Shown here: piece after piece, positions 22,903-35,559 of the stretch
Layout of the letters: every line of letters begins with the position of its first letter
How positions within the stretch are numbered: the stretch's first letter is position 1
Assembly: GCA_002245135.1 (NCBI GenBank)
Contig: NGBS01000878.1
Span: 1-64,000 of the forward strand
DNA: 64,000 nucleotides
Origin: Proteromonas lacertae
Lineage: Eukaryota
Direction: 5' to 3'
Program-made: the position numbers and the translations under genes
Notes under the pieces: model-generated
Seen by the model: the letters and a program-made list of their open reading frames with translations, nothing else
Database searches by the model: none
Told to the model about the DNA's origin: nothing

Positions 22903-25900
22903 ATGAGTGATATAGAGAATAATGAATTAAATGAGTCAAATGAAAATATAGATGATAGTGGCACAAATATATCTAACAACCTGGAAGGTAGTAGAGGTGA
23001 TAATGAAACAATGGAAGCAGATAATGAAAATAACAACCAAACTGAAAATCTAGATGATTCAGATTTATCTGAAAAGAAAGATAATGATGATAACTTAGAT
23101 GAGAACAATAATGACGAAGAAGGTAATAGTACAGAAGACAACCCTCCTGTTGATGTAAATGAAGGTGAAGAATCGACAGAATCACCAAATAAGGCTGAAG
23201 AATCTTTAGAAGAATCAGATGAAGGATATAATGATAATTTAGTTGGAGATATAATAAATGAGCATAATGATAAAATAGAAGAAAGTGGATTTGAATCATC
23301 TTTCGCTGATTCAATGACTCACACCAAATCTCCAATACATAAAAATCCAGAATTAGAGACAGTAAATGAAAATGAAGATAATAATACAAATGAAGAATCT
23401 GTAGAAACAACAAAAACAGAACCTGTTGAAGAAGCAAATGAAGAGAATGATGAAGAGAAAGAGGAGGAGAATGTAGAGAATGAAGAAGAAAAAGAGAATG
23501 AAAATAATGAAGAAAATATTGAAGAAGAGAAAGAAGAAGAATCAAAAGAGGAAGAAAATGTAGAGAATGAAAAAGAGAATGACAATAATGAAGAAACAGT
23601 TGAACAACCAACTGAAGAAACAAAAGAAGAAGAAGAGAATGAAGATAATAATGAAAATAACAATGATAATGATAAGAATGAAGAATCTGTAGAAACAACA
23701 AAAACAGAACCTGTTGAAGAAGCAAACGAAGAGAATGTAGAGAATGAAGAAGAAAAAGAGAATGAAAATAATGAAGAAAATATTGAAGAAGAGAAAGAAG
23801 AAGAATCAAAAGAGGAAGAAAATGTAGAGAATGAAAAAGAGAATGACAATAATGAAGAAACAGTTGAACAACCAACTGAAGAAACAAAAGAAGAAGAAGA
23901 GAATGAAGATAATAATGAAAATAACAATGATAATGATAAGAATGAAGAATCTGTAGAAACAACAAAAACAGAACCTGTTGAAGAAGCAAACGAAGAGAAA
24001 GATGAAGAGAAAGAGGAGGAAGAGAATGTAGAGAATAAAGAAGAGAATAATAGTGATGAAGAAACAAAAGAAGAAGAAGATAATGAAGAAGAAAGAAGAA
24101 GAAAAGAAGAAGAATCAGCTGTAAAAATTGAATCTTTATTTAGAGCTAAAAAAGCTCGAGAAGAAGTAGAAAGAATGAAAAGAGAAAAAGCTGAAGAAGA
24201 AAAGGATAAAGAAGATAATGAAAATGAAGATAATAATACAGAAGATAATGAAGAAACAGTTGAACAACCAACTGAAGAATCAAAAGAAAACAATGATGAA
24301 GAAACAAAAGAAGAAGACGAAAATAATGAAGAAGAAAGAAGAAGAAAAGAAGAAGAATCAGCTGTAAAAATTGAATCATTGTTTCGAGCTAAAAAAGCTC
24401 GAGAAGAAGTAGAAAGAATGAAAAGAGAAAAAGCTGAAGAAGAGTTAAGAAAATTAGAAGAAGAAGCTGCAGAAAGACAAAAGAAATGGGAAGAAGAAGA
24501 AGAAAAGGAAAGACAAGAAGAACTTAAAAGAAAAGAAGAAGAAAGACAAAAACAATTAGAAATAGAAAAAAGAGAAAAAGAAAAAGAAGAAAAAGAAAAG
24601 AAAAGATTTGAAGAGCTTGAAGCAAAGCTTAAACAAATTGAAGATGAGAATAATGAAGTAATCAATGAAAATAGAAATGGTATAAAACCAATATCGCCAA
24701 TAACAACTGTAGAAACACATATAATACAAGAAAAACCACCAATTACAAATAATGAAGAAGAAGAAGAAGAAGAAGAAATAATTCCAAAATCAAATCATAA
24801 ATCATCTAAAGTTGTTCCAATACCAAGTGATGATGTAGAACCAATAAAGAATCATCGAAGAAAGCAACCTGATAATATTAATGAAAATGATTCAATGGAA
24901 AGAGTTCCAAAAGCTAAAAGATATTATTCAACAAAAGATAGTCGAATTCCTCCCAAGAAAACAATTAGACCAGAAAATAGAAAAGTTGAAAAGTCTCCAG
25001 AAGAAGAAATTAGTTATAATGTTCAAAAACAAGGATTAAAGAGTGATAATAAAAGAAGATTCCAACCAGAACCAATAAGAAGTAGTAGAAATAATAAAGA
25101 TGAAAAATTACCAGCAATTACACCAAAGTCTAATGTATCTGCTGTAGATGCTCAAAAATTATTAGAAATAAAAGCAATGGATAGAAGAATGACTGATAAA
25201 ATAATAGCCAAATATGAAACAAAGATAAGTCAATTATACAGTAGAATCAAGACATTAGAAGATGAAAATACAAAGTTAAATAAAGATAGTGAAGATTATG
25301 TAAGAAAATGTAAAGAAGTATCATTACATCAAAGTAAACAATTACGTTTAGAACAAGAAGTAAACAGACAGCAAAAGACAATAGATGATTATGCAAATAG
25401 ATTAGAATCAACATTACAAGATAATAAGTTATTAGCTGATAAATATATGGTAGTGATGGAAGAAAATAAAACTTTGAAACAAAAATTACAGAAATTAAAA
25501 ATGAGATTAGATGGTAGTGGTTTATCAGGAAATCCAGTTCCAGCAGAACCAACCAATAATGAACAGAATTTACAATTAGAAATTGTTGAATTAAGAAAGA
25601 AACTCCAAGATGCAAAGAAAAAGATAAGAAACTTAAAAGAAATAAATGAAAATCAATTGAGTTATAATGCCAGTAGTAAAGGTGGTGAAGTAGATCGTTC
25701 TGTAGAAGATGAGTTAAAACATTTACAATATGAAAATGAGCAATTACGAAGAATAGTTGAAGAAGATCAGAAAGCAATGAAATCCTTCTTAAAAAGATCA
25801 GAAATGGAAGGCTATGGTGGTGATGTTGAAAAAAGTCCAATTATTAGAACAAGAACAAAAAAGAGTGGGAAAATTGTACCAGAGTCTTATACAGAAAAAA

Positions 25901-26112
25901 CTAAAAATTACTCAGTTTATGGTTATCCAAAGAAGAACAAAACTAAGAGAGGAATTCAACCTCGACAAGAACAGAATCAGTGTTATTTCCCAGCTTTGAA
26001 TAAGCAAGGTCCACATTATGTGAGTGGTAGTAAGAGTAGTAGTTATTTATATCCACCAAAAGTGAGGGATGAACCAATTGATTTTGAAGATGAAGATTAT
26101 CCTTTATATTAA
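22903..26112 (+). CDS. Intronless acidic-repeat and coiled-coil protein with two IQ-like motifs
   Basis: 1069-aa ORF with an E/N-rich repeat N-half, two copies of AVKIESLFRAKKAREEV, and a long C-terminal coiled coil. Confidence 0.85.
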   Translation: MSDIENNELNESNENIDDSGTNISNNLEGSRGDNETMEADNENNNQTENLDDSDLSEKKDNDDNLDENNNDEEGNSTEDNPPVDVNEGEESTESPNKAEESLEESDEGYNDNLVGDIINEHNDKIEESGFESSFADSMTHTKSPIHKNPELETVNENEDNNTNEESVETTKTEPVEEANEENDEEKEEENVENEEEKENENNEENIEEEKEEESKEEENVENEKENDNNEETVEQPTEETKEEEENEDNNENNNDNDKNEESVETTKTEPVEEANEENVENEEEKENENNEENIEEEKEEESKEEENVENEKENDNNEETVEQPTEETKEEEENEDNNENNNDNDKNEESVETTKTEPVEEANEEKDEEKEEEENVENKEENNSDEETKEEEDNEEERRRKEEESAVKIESLFRAKKAREEVERMKREKAEEEKDKEDNENEDNNTEDNEETVEQPTEESKENNDEETKEEDENNEEERRRKEEESAVKIESLFRAKKAREEVERMKREKAEEELRKLEEEAAERQKKWEEEEEKERQEELKRKEEERQKQLEIEKREKEKEEKEKKRFEELEAKLKQIEDENNEVINENRNGIKPISPITTVETHIIQEKPPITNNEEEEEEEEIIPKSNHKSSKVVPIPSDDVEPIKNHRRKQPDNINENDSMERVPKAKRYYSTKDSRIPPKKTIRPENRKVEKSPEEEISYNVQKQGLKSDNKRRFQPEPIRSSRNNKDEKLPAITPKSNVSAVDAQKLLEIKAMDRRMTDKIIAKYETKISQLYSRIKTLEDENTKLNKDSEDYVRKCKEVSLHQSKQLRLEQEVNRQQKTIDDYANRLESTLQDNKLLADKYMVVMEENKTLKQKLQKLKMRLDGSGLSGNPVPAEPTNNEQNLQLEIVELRKKLQDAKKKIRNLKEINENQLSYNASSKGGEVDRSVEDELKHLQYENEQLRRIVEEDQKAMKSFLKRSEMEGYGGDVEKSPIIRTRTKKSGKIVPESYTEKTKNYSVYGYPKKNKTKRGIQPRQEQNQCYFPALNKQGPHYVSGSKSSSYLYPPKVRDEPIDFEDEDYPLY
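23389..24442 (+). repeat. Internal coding tandem duplications
   Basis: NEESVETTKTEPVEEANEE starts at 23389, 23677 and 23941 in near-identical DNA; the IQ-like block is duplicated at ~24080-24200 and ~24325-24442. Confidence 0.9.
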
Positions 26113-26247
26113 ATAGTTAATAAGTTATATATTTTATTATGTTTTAAAATGTCTTATCTATATTTTTATTTTATTATAATGTTGAAAGGGTATGAAACAA
26201 AGAAAGATTTAAAAAATTACAAAATCTCACTTTTAAATTTTCTAAAT

Positions 26248-27534
26248 TTATACCAAAACCTCATCATAATCATTAACATAACTGATAAGTACAGGATAAT
26301 CAATACCAAGCTCAATATTGAGTTTTTCTTTGAAATGATTGAAATAGTGTCTTTCCTTAATATTTCCTAATAGTATAATATAAGATCCTTTAGATGTTAT
26401 ATCCAATATCTCAGTATGACTAAGTTCATCTGTTATTAATACATCAGCATGAATATATTGAAAAATTCTATATTTTGATTCACCACTACAAATAGCAATT
26501 TTACTAACTCTTCGAAGATCATTTGGTGGTTTCTAATGAGAATAATAAAAATAATGAAAATAATAAATGTATATAGATACTGCAATTTGAATATAATTAA
26601 TTCCATAATACTGTTTAATTCTATTCACTAAATCATCGATAGATATATCAGGAATAATATCACATATTCTTCCACATCCACAATCAATTTCTAGTTGATT
26701 TGGTTCAATAGGTTTTGGATTTATTCCACCTATTCCTATAGTTAACCAATCATTTACACCATTTACTACATTGTCACAACTTGTATGATGTATATATATT
26801 CCTATTCCATTAGTTATACAGTTTAATATTATTCTACCAATTCTATCTTCATAGTTAAGTTTTTTAATATCTGTTTTTATTAGTGGTTTATAACTCACAA
26901 TTATATACACTTTATTGTGAATTGCTTCATTCACTACTGAATCATTAATTTCATAAGTTAATAGAAGCTTGTAAGGAGGCTTGATGAGTAGTTGGGAAGG
27001 TTCTAGAATTAGTCCAACATTATCATCATCTTCACATAATTTGATTGGATGGGTTTTGTCCAAAGCTTTTAGTATCTTATTGACAGGTTCATTTTCTGAT
27101 ATTATTTTTGGCATTTTGTCAATTATTTCCCTCTTTACTGAATATATTGTACTTGATGGCACTTCATATCCTTCTGATAAAAGAAACATTTTCAAATCTT
27201 TAGCTGTAGCTTTTGGATTTGCCATTAAAATAGGTGTAATCTTATTAACAAGCGTTTTATGAGTTAGAATGCAACTACATCTCTTCCTTTCCACAGGTAT
27301 ATCACCAATTGAGTGGACATGCTTTTCCAATAGCAAAGTACACTTTACTTTGTCATCTTTATGTTTGCACATTAAACATTTGAATGGGCAACCCTTATAA
27401 TTGCAAGATATCTTAAATGAGTTGGCACTTCTTTTTATTGTAGGACGAAACAGATTATTCTCACCATATTCATCAACAGCTTTTCTTGCCTGATATTTGT
27501 TAAGGAATATAACACCTTGTTGCAAAACTGACAT
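26248..27534 (-). CDS. Fusion of a Mutator/MuDR-type (WRKY-GCM1-like) zinc DNA-binding domain to a degenerate NIF3/DUF34 domain; 2 exons
   Basis: N-terminus G.IF....AR.AV..Y...ISC...GCPF......LLEKH.H. C-terminus DNVGLILEP, LLTYE, VSYKP, IYIHHTSCD...GVNDWL; after the 48-nt intron 26533-26580 come IAICSG and ADVLITDELSH. Confidence 0.8.
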
Positions 27535-27571
27535 TCAAACAACTAGTCGTTTCAAGATAATCAATTTTGAA

Positions 27572-30500
27572 ATGGATTTCTCTTCTCAATTCTTGCTAAG
27601 TACTTATGAGCATTTGATAAACTGCATGGTAGAAAATATGACTCGCCTACCGAAAGTGAGTGAGCAACAAGTTGATATTTTTCTATCATGTCTTCCACAA
27701 ATTGATAAAAAGATGTATATATATAATCCATATCAAAATGTATAGAAATACTACAACAGAAATAGAGCTTGATAGAAGACAGTGTTGCGCTATATCTGCA
27801 GCACCTCGATTATTAGCATTAAAAGCTATTTGTGAGGATAAAATTTTTGAGCAAATAATCCATTACACTAGCCACTTCAGTTTGATCAAAATACACGATT
27901 CAAAAGTCAAAGAAGAATTTATCACAAGTTTTGTTCGAGTATAGCTCAATCATATATTCCAATAGAAAACGGTAAATTCTCTTCATTGTTGTAATAAAGA
28001 CCACATAAATCAGTATCTAGATACAGTATCTACTGTAATAAAGTATTTATTGGGTAGTTTAGAGGTATAAGTATTTATTTTTATTTTTTTTAGTCTGATC
28101 CAAGTGCTAAGAAGGTATTACTTTGCGTATTAAGTGGTTTAACTTCCAAATCAGATTCTTATGATTTTGATGTAGAGAAGTGGAAAGATTTACCGTTCCT
28201 CAATGAATTTATTAACAAATTGTTGAACAAAGCCATACCCAATCTTCATGATATCGCATCTAATCTACCAGAATCTAATTCTGTAATTCAAGATACTCCT
28301 AGAGCAGAATATACTAGTCCAGAAGGTGATTCAGACCAAACAGATCAAATGAACAATGAAGCAAATGATTCTCACAAGAATAAAACAGATTCAAAAAATG
28401 ATGAAATTGATTTACCTAAACATATAAGAGATGTTAAAGATTTCACTTCTTCATTAGGTCCTTCATTAGATATAAGTCAAAGGAGATCCAGTATGACAGG
28501 AACACTCTCTCATTTACAATTCAAAAATGTATTCGGTTCAGAAACACAATCTCTTATTAATCAAATGATGTTATTATTGAGTAGAATCGTACAATCCATT
28601 AATCAAACCTCATCTGAAGAAATCCCTGAAATTATTGCTCATTTAGATGGAATAGTCGAGCCTATGATAATGAGAGGTGCCAGTGTATTATTAACAGGTG
28701 CTTCACCCTTATTATTATCAATAACATTGAAATATCCAACAACATTGAAGAGAAAAGCATTAAAAATATTAACCAATAGATTAATCGGATCAATAAGACA
28801 GTGTAATAACTGTACTGCAATTAATGCATTATTACATTCAATTACTATGTTGACAGTGAAATATAATGATTTAATTATGGATTATGTGAAAGGAATATCA
28901 ACAATATATCAACATAATCCAAGTAATCCACAACTATTTCAAGGTATATAAATATAAATATATATATATATACTATTATTATTAATTTATAGAGTTTTGG
29001 AATAATAATCAAGTCAATATCTTATTCTTCAAATCCATTACTGAAATCATCAAAACTGAAATGAAACTATCTGATGATCAATCATACTTTAGTTCTGGAA
29101 GTAGAGAAATATTATTATCATTATATAATACATTTTATGATATTGAACAAAGAAAAATCACTTGTACAAATGAAGTATATTATAATATATTATTTATTTA
29201 TTTATTTATATATACATAGTATACTCATTTCTTACTAAAAATGGTTGGTTATATTGGTGCTAATGTAGGAAATGAAAGAGGAGTAATTACATTACTATCT
29301 ACCTTTGGTACTAAAGCAATCACAATGCAATATAAGAATCCATATCTTATTAGTTTATTACCTGAAATGGTTGCAATTGCATGTACATCACCACTGATCA
29401 ATGAGTCATCCAAGATATTTCATCACTTATTTGAACTATTAGATACTTCATTTAAAAAACAGTTGAATGAAGTAATAACAGTAATTTTCCAATGTATTCA
29501 TTATTGTTGTATCAATATTCAAGGAGATAAACAACGAGCTAATTTCACTAAAGTATTTCTCTCACAAGTAAAGAAGATTGCTTCTTCAAATTATGATAAA
29601 AAGAAAGTCGATGATTCGTTGAATAAATTGAGTGATTTATATGGTGGATTAATTCCATCATTATCATCACTTTCTAACTATTTCAACGGTTATTCCAAAC
29701 TTAATACAAACCTCTCTGAAGTGAAAGATGATGTAAATGAGAGTTTAGTAGAGTTATATCGAGATACTTGGTTTTATTTAGATATAATCCATATGATTAA
29801 TCCTAATAGTAAATGGGGTGGACATTTGTGGAATGAACTGGATATATTTGCATCAAATACCCCCATTTTAATTGATATATCTATTAATAATCAAGATTTA
29901 GAGACTAAATTAGCATGTAATGCGATATTAAGTCAAACAAAGAATGAATCTAATGAAATGATTATGAAAGAACATGCTTCAAAGATATTCAAAGATCTTT
30001 CTACTGATATTAACTCATTATCATATTATTCATTAGTTTATTTATTAACAATGTATATATATATATATTTATTATTATTTTTATTATTATTATTATTATA
30101 GATATAATGTTGAGAGTATGAGAACAACTTATACAGGTAATATCAAGCCAATATTTCAGTATATTCATTTTATTTTTTTATATTATATTATTTCAATAGT
30201 TATTTAATGGATAACAGTCTCTGTACACCCTCCTTCTTAAAATGTATAAATCAATTAGGAACAGAAATATTCATAGCCTTTGAAAGAAGTGGTAAATATA
30301 TAAAAGGTAGTGAAATTGATTATGATTTATTAACAGATGATATTCAATTCTTATTATCACTATGTGTACATGGATATGAATCTGTAAGGAAATTAGCCAA
30401 TCAAATGTTGTTCTTATTCTTAGATAAATTTCCAGAAATGAAATTCAAAAGAAAATGTGTTTGTACAATTTTAGAAATTTGTAATGCAATTTCTACAAAG

Positions 30501-33500
30501 TATGATGATTTATTATATGCACCACATATTCTAACACAAAAGATATATGTTCCTTCCTTACAAAGTCCATTAGATTTACCATCCAATAGAAATGTATTAA
30601 AAAATATAATGACACAAATGGAAAATATAGTAAATAAATGGTTGGTGAATGGGTTCGAACGCGCTCCTCAGAAGATGGCAATTTTATTAAATTCATTCAT
30701 TAATGTAATGCCTAAATCCACTCTTCCTGGTAATCATAACACTGGAATTGGTATTGGTACTTCATTATTAGCACAAAAGATATTAAATGGAAATATGAAT
30801 ATATTTGATTCATCCAATAATAATAATAACTCAATACCTTCTACAAATATATTTACAAAGATACATCATAGTAATTTGAATTGGTATATAGGTGAATTAG
30901 AACTGCAAGGTTATTATTTAGGATTATTAAGTAGTAAATTGCAATCACTGTATTTGAAAGGTGATGAACAACCTTTTCATACTATTACATTATCATTAAT
31001 TGATAAATATCAGAAATATTTAGAGAAATGTCATGATTATTTCACTCATCCAAATGTAGAATATAAGTATATATATATATATATATATTATATATAAATA
31101 GAAATCCTGATGAAATCAATAAATCTTTTCATCCATTAGTATTGAACTATCTTAGAAATAATAATCCACAAATAAGCAGAGAGTTGTTATCTTTAGAAGA
31201 GGAATATACTGATATACTATTAACTATCACATCATTATTATTAATTGAATCATCGAATGAAGTGAAGATAGAAAGTGCTGATACTTTGTTTTATATTGTT
31301 ACACATTTACCTACTTTATTATGGACGTATTTATATATTTATATATTTATATTTATATTATATAGTGATAATTCAGTCAAAATTGCATGTTTAGCTTGGA
31401 ATTGGATATTAACATTAACTACAAAAGGAGGAGTATATTTTCTTTATTATGTTTTTTGTATTATTTTATTTTTTATTAGGCGTTATTATGGAGTTATATC
31501 CTAACAGCATTCTGTTATACCAAACAAATACGAGTTGGTTTATTCTATGGTAAAAATCAAAAAGATAAATATAGCAGTTGGTATAAATGTAAAGATTCTG
31601 ACAATTTATTATTTTTTCCACCACAAGGTAATTACTATATTTATTCACCCGATTTCATCAGTAATGATACAGTAAATAACTATCCGTTTCAAAGAAATCC
31701 ATTCCCTCATTCTTATTGGATAGATTTTCTTAATGAAAATATTGAAGTGATGGTTAATCATTCACCAAACTTAGTATATTATTATTATTAATGTTATTTA
31801 GATTAATTCTGTATTTATCTGTTTCCACGAATTACTCAGTGATCCTTCAATGTTTTCTGAAGAAATAGAATCATTAGATACACGAGTATTACTCCTAGAA
31901 ACTGTGTTAAAAACAATGAAATTAACCACCTCCATCTCTATACCACTAGATACTTTATTATTATTGAAAGTATATTTGTGTGGTTTACATTTCTTCACCT
32001 TACCTGTTCAATTCTTCACTACAATATTAGAAAAATATGATTATTCAGTTAGTGATTATAAAACTCAGAATTTGTTGAATAAAATGATTAAATTGATTGA
32101 ATTATTAGAAGAAGTGAATGAGAAATGTCCAACTATAAGAGTCTCCAGTGTGGCTGATGTAAATCTTAATGCAGAAACTACTAGATTAGTATATAAATAT
32201 AGTTTATTTATTTCATTTTAATAGAGTTTTTATTTAGAAAATCTACAAACCATTCGTGATATGTTGGTGTTATTAATCAACAAAGAAATTGACCATTTAT
32301 ACAATTATTACAATCCCATTAATCTTCCACAGAAAGTAATACCAAATATTCAAAAGTATATGTTTTCATCTAAATCAAGTGTAATTGGTGAAAGACAGTG
32401 GAAATTGTATTGTAATTTATTCTATCAAATTGATCCATTATTGGCATTACAAGTACAAGAAAGATTGAAGATTAAAGTGTTTAAAAATGAAGTATATATA
32501 AATATTTATCATATTTTATAGTTGGTTCGAATTGTTCAGTTAAATCCAATGGAAGTATGTAATTACAGTACAATATCCTTGAAATATATAATCAAAAAGA
32601 ATATCCTCATTAGAAATGAGAAATTGTTAGTTAATTTATTATATTTCTCACCATCCTCCTTCCCTATTTTATTGAGATTATTATCACGTTGTACTCCAAA
32701 TTCATCTAAAGATATTCCATATTTTACAAACACATACATTGGTCATTATACTATTAGATCTTTATCTTACTTCTCACCTGATACTATATCATTCTATTTA
32801 CCACAATTAGTTCAATGTTTAAGATTTGATAAGTTAGGATTAATTAAAGATTATTTATATAAAGTATCAAAACAATCAATATTAGCATCACATCAATTAA
32901 TATGGAACTTGAAAGCAGAATCAAAGAGTGATGATGATTCATCTAATAAATCAACACCTACACATGGTTATTTAGATAAATTGATTGGACCAGATCCACT
33001 TCCAGCTTATGCTACAGTTATGATTGGAGATATTGAGATGTTATTATCACCAGAAGCTAAGGTATTATATGATGATGAATTTAATTATTTTGAATTATTG
33101 TCAGTTGTAAGTGCAAAATTGATTAAGGATGAACCATTGAAAAGATTTAAATTAATTAAAGATTATTTGAATGAAATAAAAAGTCAATTATCACTTGAAG
33201 ATAAGATTATTTATTTACCAACAAATCCTTATAAAAGGTTAGTAGAAGTTGTATATGAATCAGCTACTCCTATGCAAAGTGCTGCTAAAGCTCCATACTT
33301 TATATCATTTACAGTTGAAGATTTTGGTGGTCCAGATGCATGTTTAAAAACTAGTAAAGATTTAATCAACAAGAAAGTAGCTACAGCTGCAGAAGTGGAA
33401 AATCAAAGTTCAATGATGAAATATGTAGCTTTAACAAAGAATCTCAAGCAAAGAATTTCTTTAAAATCATCATCATCATCATCAAAGAATAGTCCAATGA

Positions 33501-34626
33501 AAAGAATGTCATTAAATGATTCAGTATTCTCTGAAAATGAAGTTGATAAGAATGATCCTACCTCTAAAAGTGGTAGTAATAATGCTGGTGGTAGTAGCAG
33601 TGAAGATGATTTCTTTACTGATACTGTCTTGAATCAGATTAATAAAGATAAAAAGAATAGAACTAAACAGATGAAAACATTCTTCCAAAAGTATATATAT
33701 ATATATTATTATGAAATAGGAATATGAAGAAATTAAAAAGTCACAATAAATCTAATAAACATAATAATAGTAATGACAACAATATCAATGAAGATGATGA
33801 TGAAGATGAAGATGATGAAGATAAGAAAACTAAAATGAGTGTTATTATGAAAGTGTATAATATAATATAATATACTTTTATATTTATAACAATAGAAATG
33901 ATGATTGTCGACAAGATTGTTTAGCATTACAATTCATAAATATAGTCAAAGTTATATTTGATAGTGTTGGCTTAGAATGTCCAGTTTTCCCATACAAAGT
34001 AATAGCCAATAGAACTGGTCCAAATCTAACCGTTGGAGGAATATTAGAAGCAGTACCCAATACAAAATCAAGAGATAATATTGGTAAAAACGGATATAAA
34101 ACTCTACTTGAATATTATAATTCAATATTTGGTAGAAGTGATGGAAAATCCTTCTTAAAATCTCAATCTAGATTTCTTAAGAGTTTAGCTGGTTATGCAG
34201 TTGTCTGCTTTTTATTATCTGTAAAAGATCGACATAATGGTAATTTATTGATTAATAACAAAGGCCATTTAATACATATTGATTTTGGATTTTTATTAGG
34301 AATTAGTCCAGGTGGTAATTTAGGATTTGAAACTGCAGCATTTAAGCTAAGTAATGAAATGTATGAATTATTAGGAAATAGTTTTGATTCTGATGAATTT
34401 ATTGAATTTAGTGAATTATGTATAAGATCATATTTAGCTGTGAGAAGTCATTACAATTCATTATTATATTTAGTATATATATATATATATGTAATTATTT
34501 ATTGATAGATTACCAGTATGGCAGATAGTGGTTTACCTTGTTTTGTAGATAAAACATTACTATTATTAAAACAAAGATTTCATCCTGAAATGACAGAAGA
34601 ACAAGCATCTAAATTTATGAAAGATA

Positions 34627-34662
<36 letters not shown>

Positions 34663-34767
34663 TTATAAATTGGTAATATAAATGTATAGATAATTGATGC
34701 TGTGAATAAATGGACAACTAATGTGTATGATGGAATTCAAAAATTACAAAATGATATTGCTTATTAA
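27572..34767 (+). CDS. PI4KA: Phosphatidylinositol 4-kinase alpha (STT4-like), multi-exon
   Basis: FYLPQLVQCLRFD (PIK helical), PMQSAAKAPY, DDCRQDCLALQ, KDRHNGNLL, HIDFGF, ISPGGNLGFETAAFKL, and a C-terminal YDGIQKLQNDIAY stop. Confidence 0.93.
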
Positions 34768-35151
34768 TACTAACATTATATTATTGTTTGGTTTTATTTT
34801 TATAACGTTGTTTTATTCACATATAAAAGTTTCTTACTAAAAAATGTCATTTTCTATTACAATATTTACACTACTTATGATGGGTTAAAGTATATTTACT
34901 GTTAATTAAGCAGCTGTATTTTATAATTATCCAAGATAACAGCTTACTAATGATGTAAAATCTCTTTATATATTTAAATATTTCTATAACAATAAGCATT
35001 CATAATTCATTTTCACTTACATATGTTGTAATCAAAAAATATAAAGTGTAAATGACAAATCTTTTGCAAACAAAAAATAGTATAGTTATATATAGTGTAA
35101 ATCTTTGATAATCAATTACTTTACACTAAATAAAGATTTAAAGATATTATC

Positions 35152-35369
35152 ATGCAATTCTCGCAAAGAAGTGATAAACAATCAGTTCCAGTCACTGAAC
35201 CATTTAATCCACCTAGTATACTTTCATTATAATTAGTTTAGAACCTGTGGCTTTAGAATGGGCTTGCACTAAGTGTGGCTGTAAGTGTATACAATTGGGA
35301 GGATCATGTCGATGTAACACCTCTTATGGTTGTACCAGATGTGGTTGTAAGACAGTGAAGAAATATTAA
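35152..35369 (+). CDS. 63-aa Cys-rich (metallothionein-like) microprotein, 2 exons; not in the ORF track
   Basis: ATG35152 plus the 26-nt intron 35216-35241 gives MQFSQRSDKQSVPVTEPFNPPKPVALEWACTKCGCKCIQLGGSCRCNTSYGCTRCGCKTVKKY; GC is locally elevated. Confidence 0.65.
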
Positions 35370-35559
35370 TTATACTTAATCACTAATTCTATGAAGAAAA
35401 TATAATTCATTTGATTGTATTTTGTGTTTATATTATTACATATTGATTGATTTAATCAATACGATATTTCATTTTATTCTGTGACACCATATACGATAAA
35501 AGTAATTATAACACAAAATATGTGATATATACTATCAAATAAATGCATTATTTTGTTTA

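Noticed and set aside
22881..25840. Long minus-strand ORFs (364, 448 and 197 aa) rich in Ser/Phe/Leu
   Set aside because: Antisense shadows of the GAA/AAT-rich plus-strand gene 22903..26112.
26248..27534. Autonomous Mutator transposon
   Set aside because: No DDE catalytic domain, TIRs or TSD; the gene is tightly packed between host genes.
13523..34767. Possible alternative (ciliate-like) genetic code, suggested by fragmented ORFs
   Set aside because: The breaks I checked coincide with short GT-AG introns; conserved proteins (H2A, H2B, PI4KA, HECT) end properly at TAA/TAG, and multi-kb ORFs are open in the standard code.
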